The notes beneath the pieces are model-generated. The model was given only the letters and a program-made list of their open reading frames with translations, did no database searches and was not told the origin of the DNA. Below, in pieces: positions 28,201 to 39,487 of a DNA stretch of 64,000 nucleotides. The position numbers were made by a program, and so were the translations under genes. Source of the stretch: Hormiphora californensis (Eukaryota; Animalia; Ctenophora); contig CM035357.1 of the NCBI GenBank assembly GCA_020137815.1, positions 2,666,001 to 2,730,000 of the forward strand, given 5' to 3'. Each line of letters opens with the position of its first letter. Positions within the stretch are counted from its first letter, which is position 1.

Positions 28201-31200
28201 TTATATGAAAGCCTTTCCAAAATGAAAAAAAGGGTTTTTTTACAAATTTTCAAAATAGCCCCCCAAAATGGGAAAAGGAAAAAGGGTTTAGATTTAAAAT
28301 TTTTTCACAAAAGTCCCAAAAAAATGTCATTCGTTTTCCCCACAAAAAGGTTTTTGGGTCCCTTGGAATAAATTTTCGGGGGCCCCCACAGGGGGTAAAA
28401 ATAAGGAATATTTTTTTGGGAACGACGAAACCCAAACAAAAATGAACTTTAGAAAAAAGTCCCCTCACCGGGCGAATTAAGTCATTGTAAACTTCCAAAA
28501 AATGGTCTTCGTACGCAAAAATTTTCCAAAAATAAAAGTCCTGAAAAAATTTTTTGGGTTTTTATCATCCTGGCGATCAGAAAGGACCCGCCCAAAAACA
28601 TTTTGAACACCTTTAAAAATCCAGGGAGTCGGTTTATTTCCACTGCTTGGGTTCGTCCCGTCCCTGGGGGTTATGGGTTTTCTCCAAACTGCTTTAAATT
28701 TTACTCAGGGGGGACACAGTGCCCCCTTTTACAGGTACGTGTTGCTATTAAATAAAACCCCAGCTTACGGTATGGGACCACAGCTTGGGTTCTTTTGGTA
28801 ACAAAATTCATAGTTACAGCGGTCTGGCATGGTAACCACAGCTGTGGGTTTCTATGGTAAAATATTCATAGTTACAGCTTTGGGCTGGCATGCCCTTAAA
28901 CTCCCATTTTTTCAGTGTTGCATTCCACGTGATGGGGTTTGCCCCCTAGCAACGGGAGGGCTGGACAGTTTTTGTAGAGTTTGGGATCTTGAACGGGGGG
29001 GGGCCCAAATTTTATTCTTGGGGGGGGACATTTAAAAAGTTTTTCCCCACTGTGATTTTTGAAAGGACGGGTGAGTAAAAAGATTTAAAAGTAATACGTA
29101 CTATTATTGCTTTAAATATGACAAAGAAATTTTTTCAACCCGGGAGAGCTGAAGAATCAAGCCCCAAATTACAAATCAAACTAGGCCCCACTGAAACCCC
29201 TATTTTTTTTCCCCCCTTCTTGGGCCCCATTTCCAGGTTCACCTGGAAACCTTTAAATTTTCATCACCTTCCCCTAAATATCCCCTACAACGGCTCTGAG
29301 GAAAAAACAGCTGTAAGTATGGGGTCTGAGGCAGCACAAGAGCAATTTACAAAATCCCCCTCACAGTAAAAGGGAAATAGATACCTGTCCCCAATTTTTT
29401 CAAAAAAACCCCACAAAAGGGGGTGAAAAATACTAAATACCATATTTAAACCCTTTTTTCCCGTCCCTTTTTGTATTGTAATTGGGGCATTGTGATCAGA
29501 GTTTACTTCTTTAAATTAAATTAAAAATTAAATATTTCTGTTTCGGGACGTTTCTGTAATTTTTCGGGGGCTCCAATAACAGTATGCTTCTAACAGCTTC
29601 TCGAAAAAAAAAAGCCAAGGGGAGGTTTCCCCCATCCCCCATTTCATGTTTTATATTCTATTTTTTTTTCTAGACCCCAAATTCCCCCATACCACCCGAA
29701 GCCTCCCCATGGTCCCAAACCCCGAGCCCCTTTCCCCAAAAGGTCCAAACCCGCACCCGCCGCTCTAACCAACCAACCAACCAATATACCGAAAACCCCC
29801 CTATATTTTTGATTGTTTTTAATTAGCATAAAATTATCGCCACCTCCCCCCAATCTCCTTTTCAAAAAGTTGTAATCTGACATTTCAATAAAAAATCAGA
29901 TGTTTTATTTTTTAAGCTCGGGTGACAGAAAAGAAAAGAGATATTGATAGAGAGAGACAGAAAGAGAAAGAAAGAGAGCCAGAAAAAGAGAGCCAGAGAG
30001 TACGGATACAGAGAGATAACTCCTGCAAAGAGACATGTTAACACTGAGAGATCATGACCAGTAAAAGCTTGTTAGTTTTTTAAATAGTGGCCGGGAGTGA
30101 CAATTGTAAACACGCGGCATGATTTTTTCTCAAAGGTTGGGGGGGGGATCAAAAGACTTTTCTTCACATCATCTTTTTTTGTTTTTAAAGGCCCCCCCCC
30201 CTCTTTTAGAGATTCCCGGGGGTTATAGTTTTTTATCCCCCCCCACCAGCTCATTTAATAACCCCCATTTATATCTAAAAATGACCCAAAATCACCCCAC
30301 CCAAAAAAAACACCTTTTTTTGCTCGACCCCTCTTACCTCCCCTTTTTCACCTCCCTCCCCTTTCCCCCGGTTTTTGGGTTACAAGGGATGGATGCCCCC
30401 CAAGAACCTAACAGGAACCCACAAAAAAAGTGAGTGGTTTTGGATTGTTTGTTTGGGGGGCCCAAAATAATTTGTTTAAAAAGCGGCTTGACGGGCCTTT
30501 TAAATTTTGGTGAAATAAAAGGGGGTCCCCTGGGTAGTGACACGGCCCTCGCCCTTGTTTTGTTCAAACCGGGTGTGTGGTGAGACTGGGTAGAGATATC
30601 TCTCTCCATCTCCCCGATTCCCCAATGCACCACGGGTAGAGAGACTGTGTTCAGATGTTTTTATGAAGGGACACTATATCGACTGAGAGTGATAGATAGA
30701 GTTAAGAGTTTGTGTTAAGAGTGAGAAAGTGATACTGTCAGCTCTGTGTGGAAGATAGACGGTGCGTGTCATGGACGGACGAAGGTCAAAAGAGTTGATC
30801 ATGATATATTTGACATATATATTTTAAAGTTGTAATACTTTTACATAATTATAGTTACCGAAACAACTAGATAACGCTCTTTAAATCTTTGTCCGTCACT
30901 TCTATTCTACACTCACTCTCTAGAGTGTGCTTGCTAATGTCTAGCTCTGCGGTTAATTCTCACTGAGAGCTGTACCCGCAAAATGGCACAATATCCTATC
31001 CAAGAATGCATTATAGCAGCTGTACAAGTACAATTGTACTCATTTGGAAAAACCATACAGATTCCAACCTAAAGTTTCTCCAATCCCACCAATCTATGGT
31101 TCATCAACCCATATTGGTACCATTGCCACCTACTCTCGCTTCGATCTCTCACATGTGTCCATGTCACCATCAACTCACACGGGTCCTGTTGTGGACAGCG

Positions 31201-34200
31201 TGGGGTGAAAGGAACACACAAAGTCTTTGAATCTGTTCATTGACAAGATAACCGGTCCCCCTCCGCTAGCTCCCCCTTTATCTCTCTCGGGTTTTCACTT
31301 AAAACCCCCAGGTGGGTCTTGAAACCCCCGCATTCTGGTGGTTCCCAGTGGGGGGGGATTTTGGGTGAATGGAGGGAAATCCCTTTACTAGAAAAATTCT
31401 CCGGGGGGGGGTTTGGGGGGTAAAGTGGGACTGTAACAGTATTGGGGGCTCTTCCCCCGCGGGTCATCTCAGACGTGGTTTCAACCTGTATGTGGGGGTG
31501 GGGATTAAAAATAGTTTAGACTGTTGGGTAAAAACGTGGTAACAGCCAAATTTGGTGACTGACCCGGGATCGTCGAGCTCTAAATACAACGTGTTTTTGT
31601 TTAGTTGAGGGGCCCCTTTAAAATGGATGGGACGGAAACCAAAGGGGCCCGGGGGCTTTAGTGGGACTGCCCCCTCCCCCTCATGCCATCATACAGTGGG
31701 TAGACCTTTTTTAAACGCGGGCGGGGGGGGGGCATGAGGGAATGCCAAATTTAAAAGGGAATTTACAGACTTTTTTTTTTTAAACCGGGCTGTCAGGCCC
31801 CCCCCCTCTGGTAGTGGTATAGAGACAAACAAATTGTATCTATACCCTGTCATGTCTCATCGGTTTAAATGCCACAAAACAACCGATATCTTTTGCACCT
31901 CCCGGCCACCTTTCCCCATTCTTAGCCCCTTTTTCCCCCCCCCCCCCTCCACCTCCTCCCCGTGTGTATAGCTTTCGTAGTACCACGCTGAGACTGCAGG
32001 GAGTAGGATATTGATCACCAGTAGCTGCAGTAACATGTTCGCTTCAGCTCCCTGTGCGATAAGAAACTGTCTCGGTTTTTCCATCAACTTCCATCAACTA
32101 ATTGACAATGCAACATCAAGCGTGGCAACAAATGAACTTTTCGTCTCAATCTAATCTCGCTTAGAACGAATGCGCTTTTATATGCGAGTTATATGTGTCG
32201 CGAAATATCAAGCTAAAGACCTCTTTACTACACAGTCTTCGAGCTGGTAGCTATCTTTTCTAAGTATTCGTATATAAAATCGCACCCGATCTAAGAGTAT
32301 AAGAGCGCAAACAAGTATTTAGCCCATGCCCCATGTGACTTGTTACATTACTTATCTTCGCTTGAAGCATAACTAAATGGTACAGGTGCTCGCTTGATGA
32401 CATGGTCCAGCTAAATGCATTTTCTCTCTACCCACAAGTTTCACTTCTACTTCCTATCACGGTTGTTTCGTTGTATGTCTGTGTAGCACACCGTTCTTTG
32501 TGATTTAACCGATATGGAGAGTGAAAATGAAAGTGAAGGTTCTGCATCTGATCCAACCCAACTCATTGCCGATGAGATTGTCAACCTTGCCAGCAAATTC
32601 TCAGTGACAGTTGGAGGACACACTTTGTCTTATGATAGTGTTATGTACAAGATTGAGAAAAAAGACCTCATTTTTGGTACTTGTGGAGATCCTCGCATTG
32701 AGAAACAGAACAAAAAGAAGTTGCTTGAGTTGCTTGAAGAGATGTCCCGTCTTCTTTTCTACCAGTGTCTCCCTGTTATTGACACGTTCAACCAACGAGT
32801 GAAGATGACTAATGACGAGAAGCTAGTGAAGATTACTGAGCTAGAGAAGGAGCTGCAAACGTACCAGAAAGATGTGATCCAGTTGCAAAAGAAAGTGATC
32901 CAGTTGCAAGACAAGGAGCTGAGTGCAGCCAAAGCCGTGGCCCAAACAGTAGAGAGAGAGATGAAGTCTTTTTCCTCCGTCGTGTCAAGTAACTGTGCAG
33001 CGGCAATGGCACCATCAAGGTTGCAGGCAGTGATCGAGCGAGCAGCAAAACCGCCTAAGAAGGATGAGGAAACTGACAGGAGCAGAAACATCATTTTCTA
33101 CAACGTTGATGAAGAGGATGGCGAACAGGATACACCCGAAACTGCGAAGGTGGATCAAGAGTGTGTTGAGGAAATCGTCGGGGCTCTAAACGAGAAGTTC
33201 AAGCTGTCTGATGTGAAGAGAATTGGCGTGAAGAGTAGTGACAAGGCGAGACCAATTGTTGCGACACTGTCATCGAGAGAGAATGCTGTGACTCTATTGA
33301 GGAAGGCTAAAGAGTTGAGAGAGACCGAGAACTTTTCTGATATTTATCTTTCGCCAGATAGAACGTTTGAGGAGAGAGTGGAGAGAAAGAGAACAGTTGA
33401 GATTTTTAAGAAGTTGAAAGCAGACAATCCAACTAAGCAATATGTGATACGGAGAGGGGTCATAGAATGTGTGTGATATCGCCACATTCCATCATTCTCA
33501 CCCTCACATTCCACCTCATTCACCCTCACTACCCACTCATAGTCACATTCTCACTGTGTGCCCTACAAGCTTGTGGAGGTACTTGTATCTCTTCGCATGG
33601 GGCCGGACAAGTGTGTTTTGTGTTTATTGAGTGGTTCATTTCCATTGTATTTGTCCAACTTTATATTTCTTCAGTTCAGTTCAGTTCAGTTCACTCTCAT
33701 TATCATACTGAGCACAGTTCACTCAAAACAGGATGGATTTTTACCATCTATTCCTCTCTTTGGTTGGACCCCTGATGCCTGGTGCCAACGAGCGGAACGA
33801 GTTGTGCCGTCTGCAAGCACTGCAATAACCGTGGGGGAAGTAGGCAGTGGTCGGACCCTGTAGAGACGGACCGATCACCTTGGTAAGCTGTGCTCGGGAC
33901 GGGGGCAGACGGATGCTATCGGGGCGCAGCACGAGGGACAATCGAACCGAATCAACCTATCCAACACCGCTAGGACAGACCGTACCTTGATCCTGACCAG
34001 GTCCATGACTTGCTACCTTGTTCCAGAACAAAACTAAACTCAAGACAATCTCAACGGCAAAACGTTACCTTGTACCAGACCAAACTTAACTCAAGACACT
34101 CTTAAAGGCAAAACGTTACCTGATCCAGCTTAATATAAACCTTAGGAATTGATTTAGGCCAGGAGTAGTGTGATACCCCTGTCGACGCCGTGCGGCTCAC

Positions 34201-37200
34201 GCCGCTCGGCGTCGCCAGTGGTTGACCACGGTCTTCCTGGAGCGTCTGAAGTAACATGCTCTGCATAAACTGATTGGTGGGCGGCCTTGCTACGGTGGAG
34301 TGGTGGACGTGCTGGTGCGCCTAATAAGCGTGCTCGGTGCGGCCGCCGCTACTTTCGGGCAGGTCATCCTCCAGACGCAGCAACTACAAACAAACAAACG
34401 TGTTATTCTGCAGGTATGTGACGAGAACACGGCGTGTCTGGCCTCCTGTGATAGTGATGGGCTGGTCTATCTGTGGTCCATGGGCTCAACACGACCAATT
34501 GGAGACTTGCCAGGTCATGGGTGCAGGGTGTCCAGGCTTAATTACCATCCTTCAGGTACCAGATCTTAAAACCATTCTTATCTGTTTGGAAAAACAGGAA
34601 TATTTACGTTCCAAAGCACCCCCAGTCCCCCACCCCTAGAATATAACAACCACCCCCCCCCCCCCTCTCCGATCCCGAATATTATATCTGATATATATTA
34701 GAGTGATTCATAATGATTTTCGCTAGCTATTTTTTCGGATTCTCATTCATCGGAGCCCTAAAATTTTTACAGGAACTTGTTCGCCATGAAATTTCGGTCT
34801 CAAAACACCATTTTTAGGGACCAGCCAATTTTTATTCCAAAGGCTATAGCCCGTTTTCTAGTGGTTGGCCACTATGCCGTCGCTCTTATCAAAATATGGT
34901 CAAAATTCAAGTAAATTTTTTGAGAATTGGCCGTTTTCACATATAAAGTAGTTCATTCTATCAGTTGTGACCGCAAACAACCCATTTGGAGCCGAAAAAG
35001 TTGCTAGATTGGAGTAGGGGGCTAAAAATCGCCCGAAAAGTGGCACAAAATGTGATTTCAAATCACCTGTTTTCGGGCATTGTTTTTGAACTTCAATTTT
35101 AGACCTTCTAAGACATCCAAAACCACCAAATAACTTAAGGATCATGTAGAACAGAGTTTAATTGACAATTTGAGCCTTGAATCTTAACAAAAGACCAACC
35201 AGGTTCATAGTGACAGCCTTCCAAAGTGAAAAAATGGGTTTTTGACAAATTTCTAAAAATAGCCCACAAAATGAAATGTGAAAATTGGATTTAGATTTAA
35301 TTTTTACACAAATGTCCCAAAAAGATGTCATTCTTTCCCTACAAAAAGTTCTGGATCCATTGGAATAAATTTACGGCCTCCACAGGGCTAAAACTAAGGA
35401 ATGAGTTTTGGAACGAGCGACCGAAACAAAACTGAACTTCAGAAATAGTCCGTCACCGGTCGAATTATGTCATTGTAAACTTCAAACATGGTCTTCGTAT
35501 TCGCAAATTGTCCAAACTAAAAGATCCTGAAGAAATTTTTGGTTTCTATCATCACTGGCGATCAGAAAGTACCATGCGAAAATCATTATGAATCACACTA
35601 ATATATCCATGTAGGTCGGTTTATTGCCACTGCGTGTTACGATCAGTCGTGGAGGTTATGGGATCTCTCTAAATCTGCTGAAATTCTACATCAGGAGGGA
35701 CACAGTGCACCCGTCTACAGGTACAGTGTTGCTATATAGTAACCACAGCTTAGCTGCTATGGTGACCACAGCTGTGTTACCATGGTAACCACAGCTGTGT
35801 TACTATGGTAACAAGTATTCATAGTTACAGCTGAGTCTGGCATGCCATTATAACTCCCTATTGTTTCAGTGTTGCATTCCATCGTGATGGGTCGCTCCTA
35901 GCAACGGGAGGACTGGACAGTTATTGTAGAGTTTGGGATCTTCGAACTGGGAGGGCAATTCTATTCTTGGAGGGACATTTAAAGAGTGTTCTCAGCTGTG
36001 ATTTCAGTATGGACGGGTGAGTAAAAAGTATTAATACGTAATACGTACTATTATTACGTAGTAGCATGACAATGAATGCAACTGGAGAGCTGAAGAATCA
36101 AGCTCGTACAGGTCAATCTAGACGCACTGAATCCCCTAGTTATTATCCCAACTTCTGCCTCATTTCCAGGTATTACCTTACACCTCATTATCATCACCTT
36201 CCCATCAGATATCACCTGGCGACAGGTTCAGAGGATAACAGCTGTAAAATATGGGATCTGAGACAGCACAAGAGCATTTACAACATACCCGCTCACAGTA
36301 ACATGGTGAGATAGATACCTGTCCCATTCCCGTCCCATTCTTTCAATTTCCCTACAAATTAGGGAGTAGAAACTACTGGATATTTACACTTTTTGCAGTC
36401 CTTTTGTGTTATAAGATATCAGACGTTTTGCTAACTGGTGTTGTAGCTAACTTAATAATTAGTTCCCTTAATTAGCTTAGCTAATCAATTTAATATTTTT
36501 GTTTCACTGTTTCAGGTGACTTACTGTAAGTTCTCGGGGACTCCAACGAACAGTATGCTACTGACAGCTAGCTACGATAAAACGGCCAAGGTGAGTACCC
36601 CTGCATTTCCTATTTCATGTTTTATATTCTGATTTGTTTCTAGACCCAACTTCCCACTATACCGACCCCACTATATTTTCGATTGTTTTTAATTCAGCAT
36701 CACCTATCGCCACCTTGCCCACAATCTCCTTTAAAAGAATTGCAAGTTGTAACTTGACATGCAGTAAACATCTTGATGGTTTATTTTAAGGCTCGGCTGA
36801 CAGAGAAAGATAGAGATAGAGAAAGAGAGAGAGAGAGAGAAAGCGAGAACGAGAGAGTAAGATAGTAGATACAGATATAGAGACAGAGAGATAACTCCTG
36901 CAAAACATAAAAACATGTTAACGCTAAGAGATGGCCAGTAAAAGCTTGTTAGTTCTGAAATAGTGGCGGAGTGATCCAATTGTAAACACCCCGCGTGCAT
37001 GATTTGTCTCATGGTGTAGGTGATCAACTGACTTTTCTTCAACTCTATCTTATTAACTCCCCCCCCTCCTGTTAGCCATTCCTGCAGATTATAGTTTGAT
37101 CACCCCACCAAGCTCAATTTACTACCCTCCATTGATATCTAACAATCGACCCATCATTCACCCCACCTAAAAAATCACCTTTCTTTGCTCGACCCTCTCT

Positions 37201-37393
37201 TACCTCCCCTTTTTCACCTCCTTTCTCCCCTCCGCAGGTGTGGTCTCACAAGGGATGGATGCCGCTCAAGAACCTAACAGGACACGACAATAAAGTGATG
37301 TGTGTGGATTGTAGTTGGGACCGAAAGTATATCGTTACAGCAAGCTATGACAGGACCTTCAAATTGTGGTGCAGTAAGGGATTCACTGGGTAG
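6697..37393 (+). CDS. PRPF4: U4/U6 snRNP protein Prp4 (PRP4/SFM motif plus WD40), split by a ~26 kb interval
   Basis: 5' exons in 6697-8190: [56 protein letters not shown]. 3' exons at ~34414-34555, 35615-35720, 35870-36016, 36209-36305, 36515-36590 and 37238-37393: [75 protein letters not shown] could not find the exon(s) for about 50 aa of the first WD repeats. Confidence 0.93.
7373..7700. repeat. ~30-bp intronic minisatellite (TCACGTGATGCCCATATATGGTGTTGTRT) in two adjacent PRPF4 introns
   Basis: Copies at ~7373-7430 and ~7590-7700 flank the exon at 7479-7572. Confidence 0.85.
8200..14010. other. (CT)n/(GA)n-rich low-complexity sequence, probably low-quality assembly
   Basis: Many CT/GA/CTAT microsatellites alternate with sequence that has no coherent exons or repeats. 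The missing PRPF4 exons would be expected here. Confidence 0.6.
14199..15381. mobile_element. Non-autonomous DNA transposon with ~210-bp TIRs, TAG termini and 3-bp TSD (TTC)
   Basis: TTC|TAGTTAGGAACACTATTGGTGCGCGGTCGTGCCC...GGGCACGACCGCGCACCAATAGTGTTCCTAACTA|TTC. A TA-TSD reading is also possible. Confidence 0.9.
14410..14808. mobile_element. MITE with ~120-bp TIRs and TA TSD, nested in the left arm of the 14199-15381 element
   Basis: TA|TGAAGGGTTGGGGCTATGAAACTTCTTGAGTGGAC...GTCCACTCAAGAAGTTTCATAGCCCCAACCCTTCA|TA. The host arm resumes after it. Confidence 0.88.
16435..19474 (+). CDS. Voltage-gated Ca2+ channel alpha2delta-like protein (VWA_N, VWA, Cache), 2 exons, ~967 aa
   Basis: Exon 1 (16435-16527) is a signal peptide, [17 protein letters not shown]. 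Exon 2 starts at 16664 in frame with ORF 16814-19474. It carries the alpha2delta signature [31 protein letters not shown] (intact MIDAS DxSxS), IVLFTDG, YLLDHRG and IPDTNLILV. Confidence 0.9.
19606..19736. repeat. (TCAG)n microsatellite
   Basis: Directly visible. Confidence 0.97.
20720..20998 (+). pseudogene. Isolated fibronectin type III exon or fragment
   Basis: [15 protein letters not shown]...[18 protein letters not shown]...[10 protein letters not shown]-like FN3 pattern ending at a GTAAGT donor (20999). The upstream part (RPVHQLNGP) is in another frame. Confidence 0.55.
21686..25835 (-). CDS. LDLa-repeat rhodopsin-class GPCR (LGR/GRL101-like 7TM), apparently intronless; 5' part garbled
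   Basis: ORF 21686-23923: LDLa ([14 protein letters not shown]) directly before a 7TM with LGR-type motifs ([35 protein letters not shown]). More LDLa remnants in 24973-25476 (CNKISDC...[21 protein letters not shown]). The signal peptide [17 protein letters not shown] is readable in the clean duplicate (ATG at 32036). Confidence 0.88.
21724..22545 (-). repeat. In-frame 18-bp coding repeat (SVSAK[D/G/E]) with a ~280-bp higher-order duplication
   Basis: About 40 hexapeptide units in the GPCR C-tail. The block [22 protein letters not shown] occurs twice. Confidence 0.95.
25760..31965 (+). other. Homopolymer-garbled duplicate (probably other haplotype or poor read) of parts of ~31966-41760
   Basis: Collinear matches: 25790-26220 to 31990-32430; 26630-30540 to 33690-37400 (all 3' PRPF4 exons); 30550-31180 to 37960-38540; 31170-31960 to 40975-41760. 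Runs of A/C/G/T are inflated throughout. Confidence 0.9.
32514..33476 (+). mobile_element. Intact solo LINE ORF1-like protein (coiled coil plus RRM/CTD, CR1/L2 type), no ORF2
   Basis: 320-aa ORF: heptad region, [17 protein letters not shown]...[10 protein letters not shown]...LLRKAKELR...[12 protein letters not shown]. It is followed by non-coding sequence ending in short repeats near 34030-34125. Confidence 0.8.
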
Positions 37394-37410
37394 TGACACC
37401 CCTCTCCCCC

Positions 37411-37953
37411 TTGGCCACATTGATGCCTGAGTGAGATCGAGGTCGCGCAGCGACCGAGATCGATCTCACATCTAGGCCTCCGGTCCGTTATTGATTTTAG
37501 AGCAAACTTTTTCAAAGACCTGGCTGCAAGGAACTACTGAACCGATTTACATCTCGTTTGTTGCTCCTGGCAGATAATTGTCTCTAGTTTTACGGAAAAT
37601 ACCCGCGAGTATCAGCATTTGAGGAATAGTGGGTCAAAATTGACGCTAAACATGAGCAATTCTTTAAAGACCTGGCTGCAAGCTCGTACTCGGTCCTGGA
37701 ACAATCTGCGGGTACTGGGGGAATCGTCATGGCCTTGTGAGTATGGGAAAATACCCGCCGATTCATCACGATGCGAAATGAGGCCATAATTGACCTTTGA
37801 GTAGTGCTAGGTCAGCTAAAATGGTCTCCAAAAACGGTCTATCACGCGCGATCTGCTGAAAACGTGCTTTATATCGCGCGCACGTGAGTTCTTGCTCTCA
37901 ACGGGCCGGGATCCTATTATTCGCGGAGCGAGAATAGGATGCGATGGATCCAA
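37411..37953. mobile_element. Mutator-like MITE with 9-bp TSD CTCTCCCCC in the PRPF4 3' UTR
   Basis: TSD at 37402-37410 and 37954-37962; termini TTGG...CCAA; left end similar to the 42786 element; absent from the garbled duplicate (~30540). Confidence 0.85.
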
Positions 37954-38049
37954 CTCTCCCCCTTGTTTTGTTCAAACCGGTGCGTGGTGAGACTGGGTAG
38001 AGACCCACCTCCCCTAACTCACCACAAGCAGAGAGACTGTGTTCAGATG

Positions 38050-39487
38050 TTTTTATGAAGGGACTATATATCGACTGAGAGTGATAGATAGAGTTTGTGT
38101 TGAGAGTGATACTGTCAGCTCTGTGTGGAAGACGGTGCGTGTCATGGACGGGCGAAGGTCAAAAGAGTTGATATGATATATTTGACATATATATTTTAAA
38201 GTTGTAATACTTTTACATAATTATAGTTACCGAAACAACTAGATAACGCTCTTTAAATCTTTGTCCGTCAATTCTATATTCTACACTCACTCTCTATAGT
38301 GTGCTTGCTAATGTCTAGCTCTGCGGTTAATTCTCACTGAGACCTGTACCCGCAAATGGCACATGATATCCTATCCAAGAATGTATTATAGCAGGTGTAC
38401 AAGTACAATTGTACTCATTTGGAACAGCCATACAGATTCCAACCTAAAGTACATATTTTGTTTCTTCAACCCATGTAGGTACCATTGCCACCTACTCTCG
38501 CTTCGATCTCTCACATGTGTCCATGTCACCATCAACTCACACCGACATTAAGAATGCCAATGATATTAACTGACCACAACACGATGACAGACGCTATGAC
38601 GAGGTTGCTAATGTCGTTCTGCCCTACGGGGCAGAGTTTGGCACGCTATAACCTATCTGTACCACCACCACCACCACCATCAATTAATTAATTAATTAAT
38701 ATAATTTTTAATTAAATGAGCAAATACCAACATTATTCTGGGACGGAAATAACCAGACTAACTATCCATTTTTATGAAGGGACTATATATCGACTGAGAG
38801 TGATAGATAGAGTTTGTGTTGAGAGTGATACTGTCAGCTCTGTGTGGAAGACGGTGCGTGTCATGGACGGGCGAAGGTCAAAAGAGTTGATATGATATAT
38901 TTGACATATATATTTTAAAGTTGTAATACTTTTACATAATTATAGTTACCGAAACAACTAGATAACGCTCTTTAAATCTTTGTCCGTCAATTCTATATTC
39001 TACACTCACTCTCTATAGTGTGCTTGCTAATGTCTAGCTCTGCGGTTAATTCTCACTGAGACCTGTACCCGCAAATGGCACATGATATCCTATCCAAGAA
39101 TGTATTATAGCAGGTGTACAAGTACAATTGTACTCATTTGGAACAGCCATACAGATTCCAACCTAAAGTACATATTTTGTTTCTTCAACCCATGTAGGTA
39201 CCATTGCCACCTACTCTCGCTTCGATCTCTCACATGTGTCCATGTCACCATCAACTCACACCGACATTAAGAATGCCAATGATATTAACTGACCACAACA
39301 CGATGACAGACGCTATGACGAGGTTGCTAATGTCGTTCTGCCCTACGGGGCAGAGTTTGGCACGCTATAACCTATCTGTACCACCACCACCACCACCATC
39401 AATTAATTAATTAATTAATATAATTTTTAATTAAATGAGCAAATACCAACATTATTCTGGGACGGAAATAACCAGACTAACTATCCA
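38050..39487. repeat. Apparently exact 719-bp tandem duplication
   Basis: Identical ORFs at 38363/39082 and 38485/39204, offset by 719. Confidence 0.95.

Noticed and set aside
27100-30535. Second PRPF4 copy or pseudogene
   Set aside because: Differences are systematic homopolymer inflation across exons, introns and flanks alike, typical of read error rather than evolutionary decay.
23954-31960. Many short Pro/Gly/Lys/Phe-rich ORFs
   Set aside because: They are translations of homopolymer-garbled sequence (CCC, GGG, AAA, TTT codons).
33720-33990. Self-cleaving ribozyme in the retroelement 3' region
   Set aside because: No complete hammerhead (CUGAUGA...GAAA) or HDV core could be identified by eye; an Infernal search would be needed.
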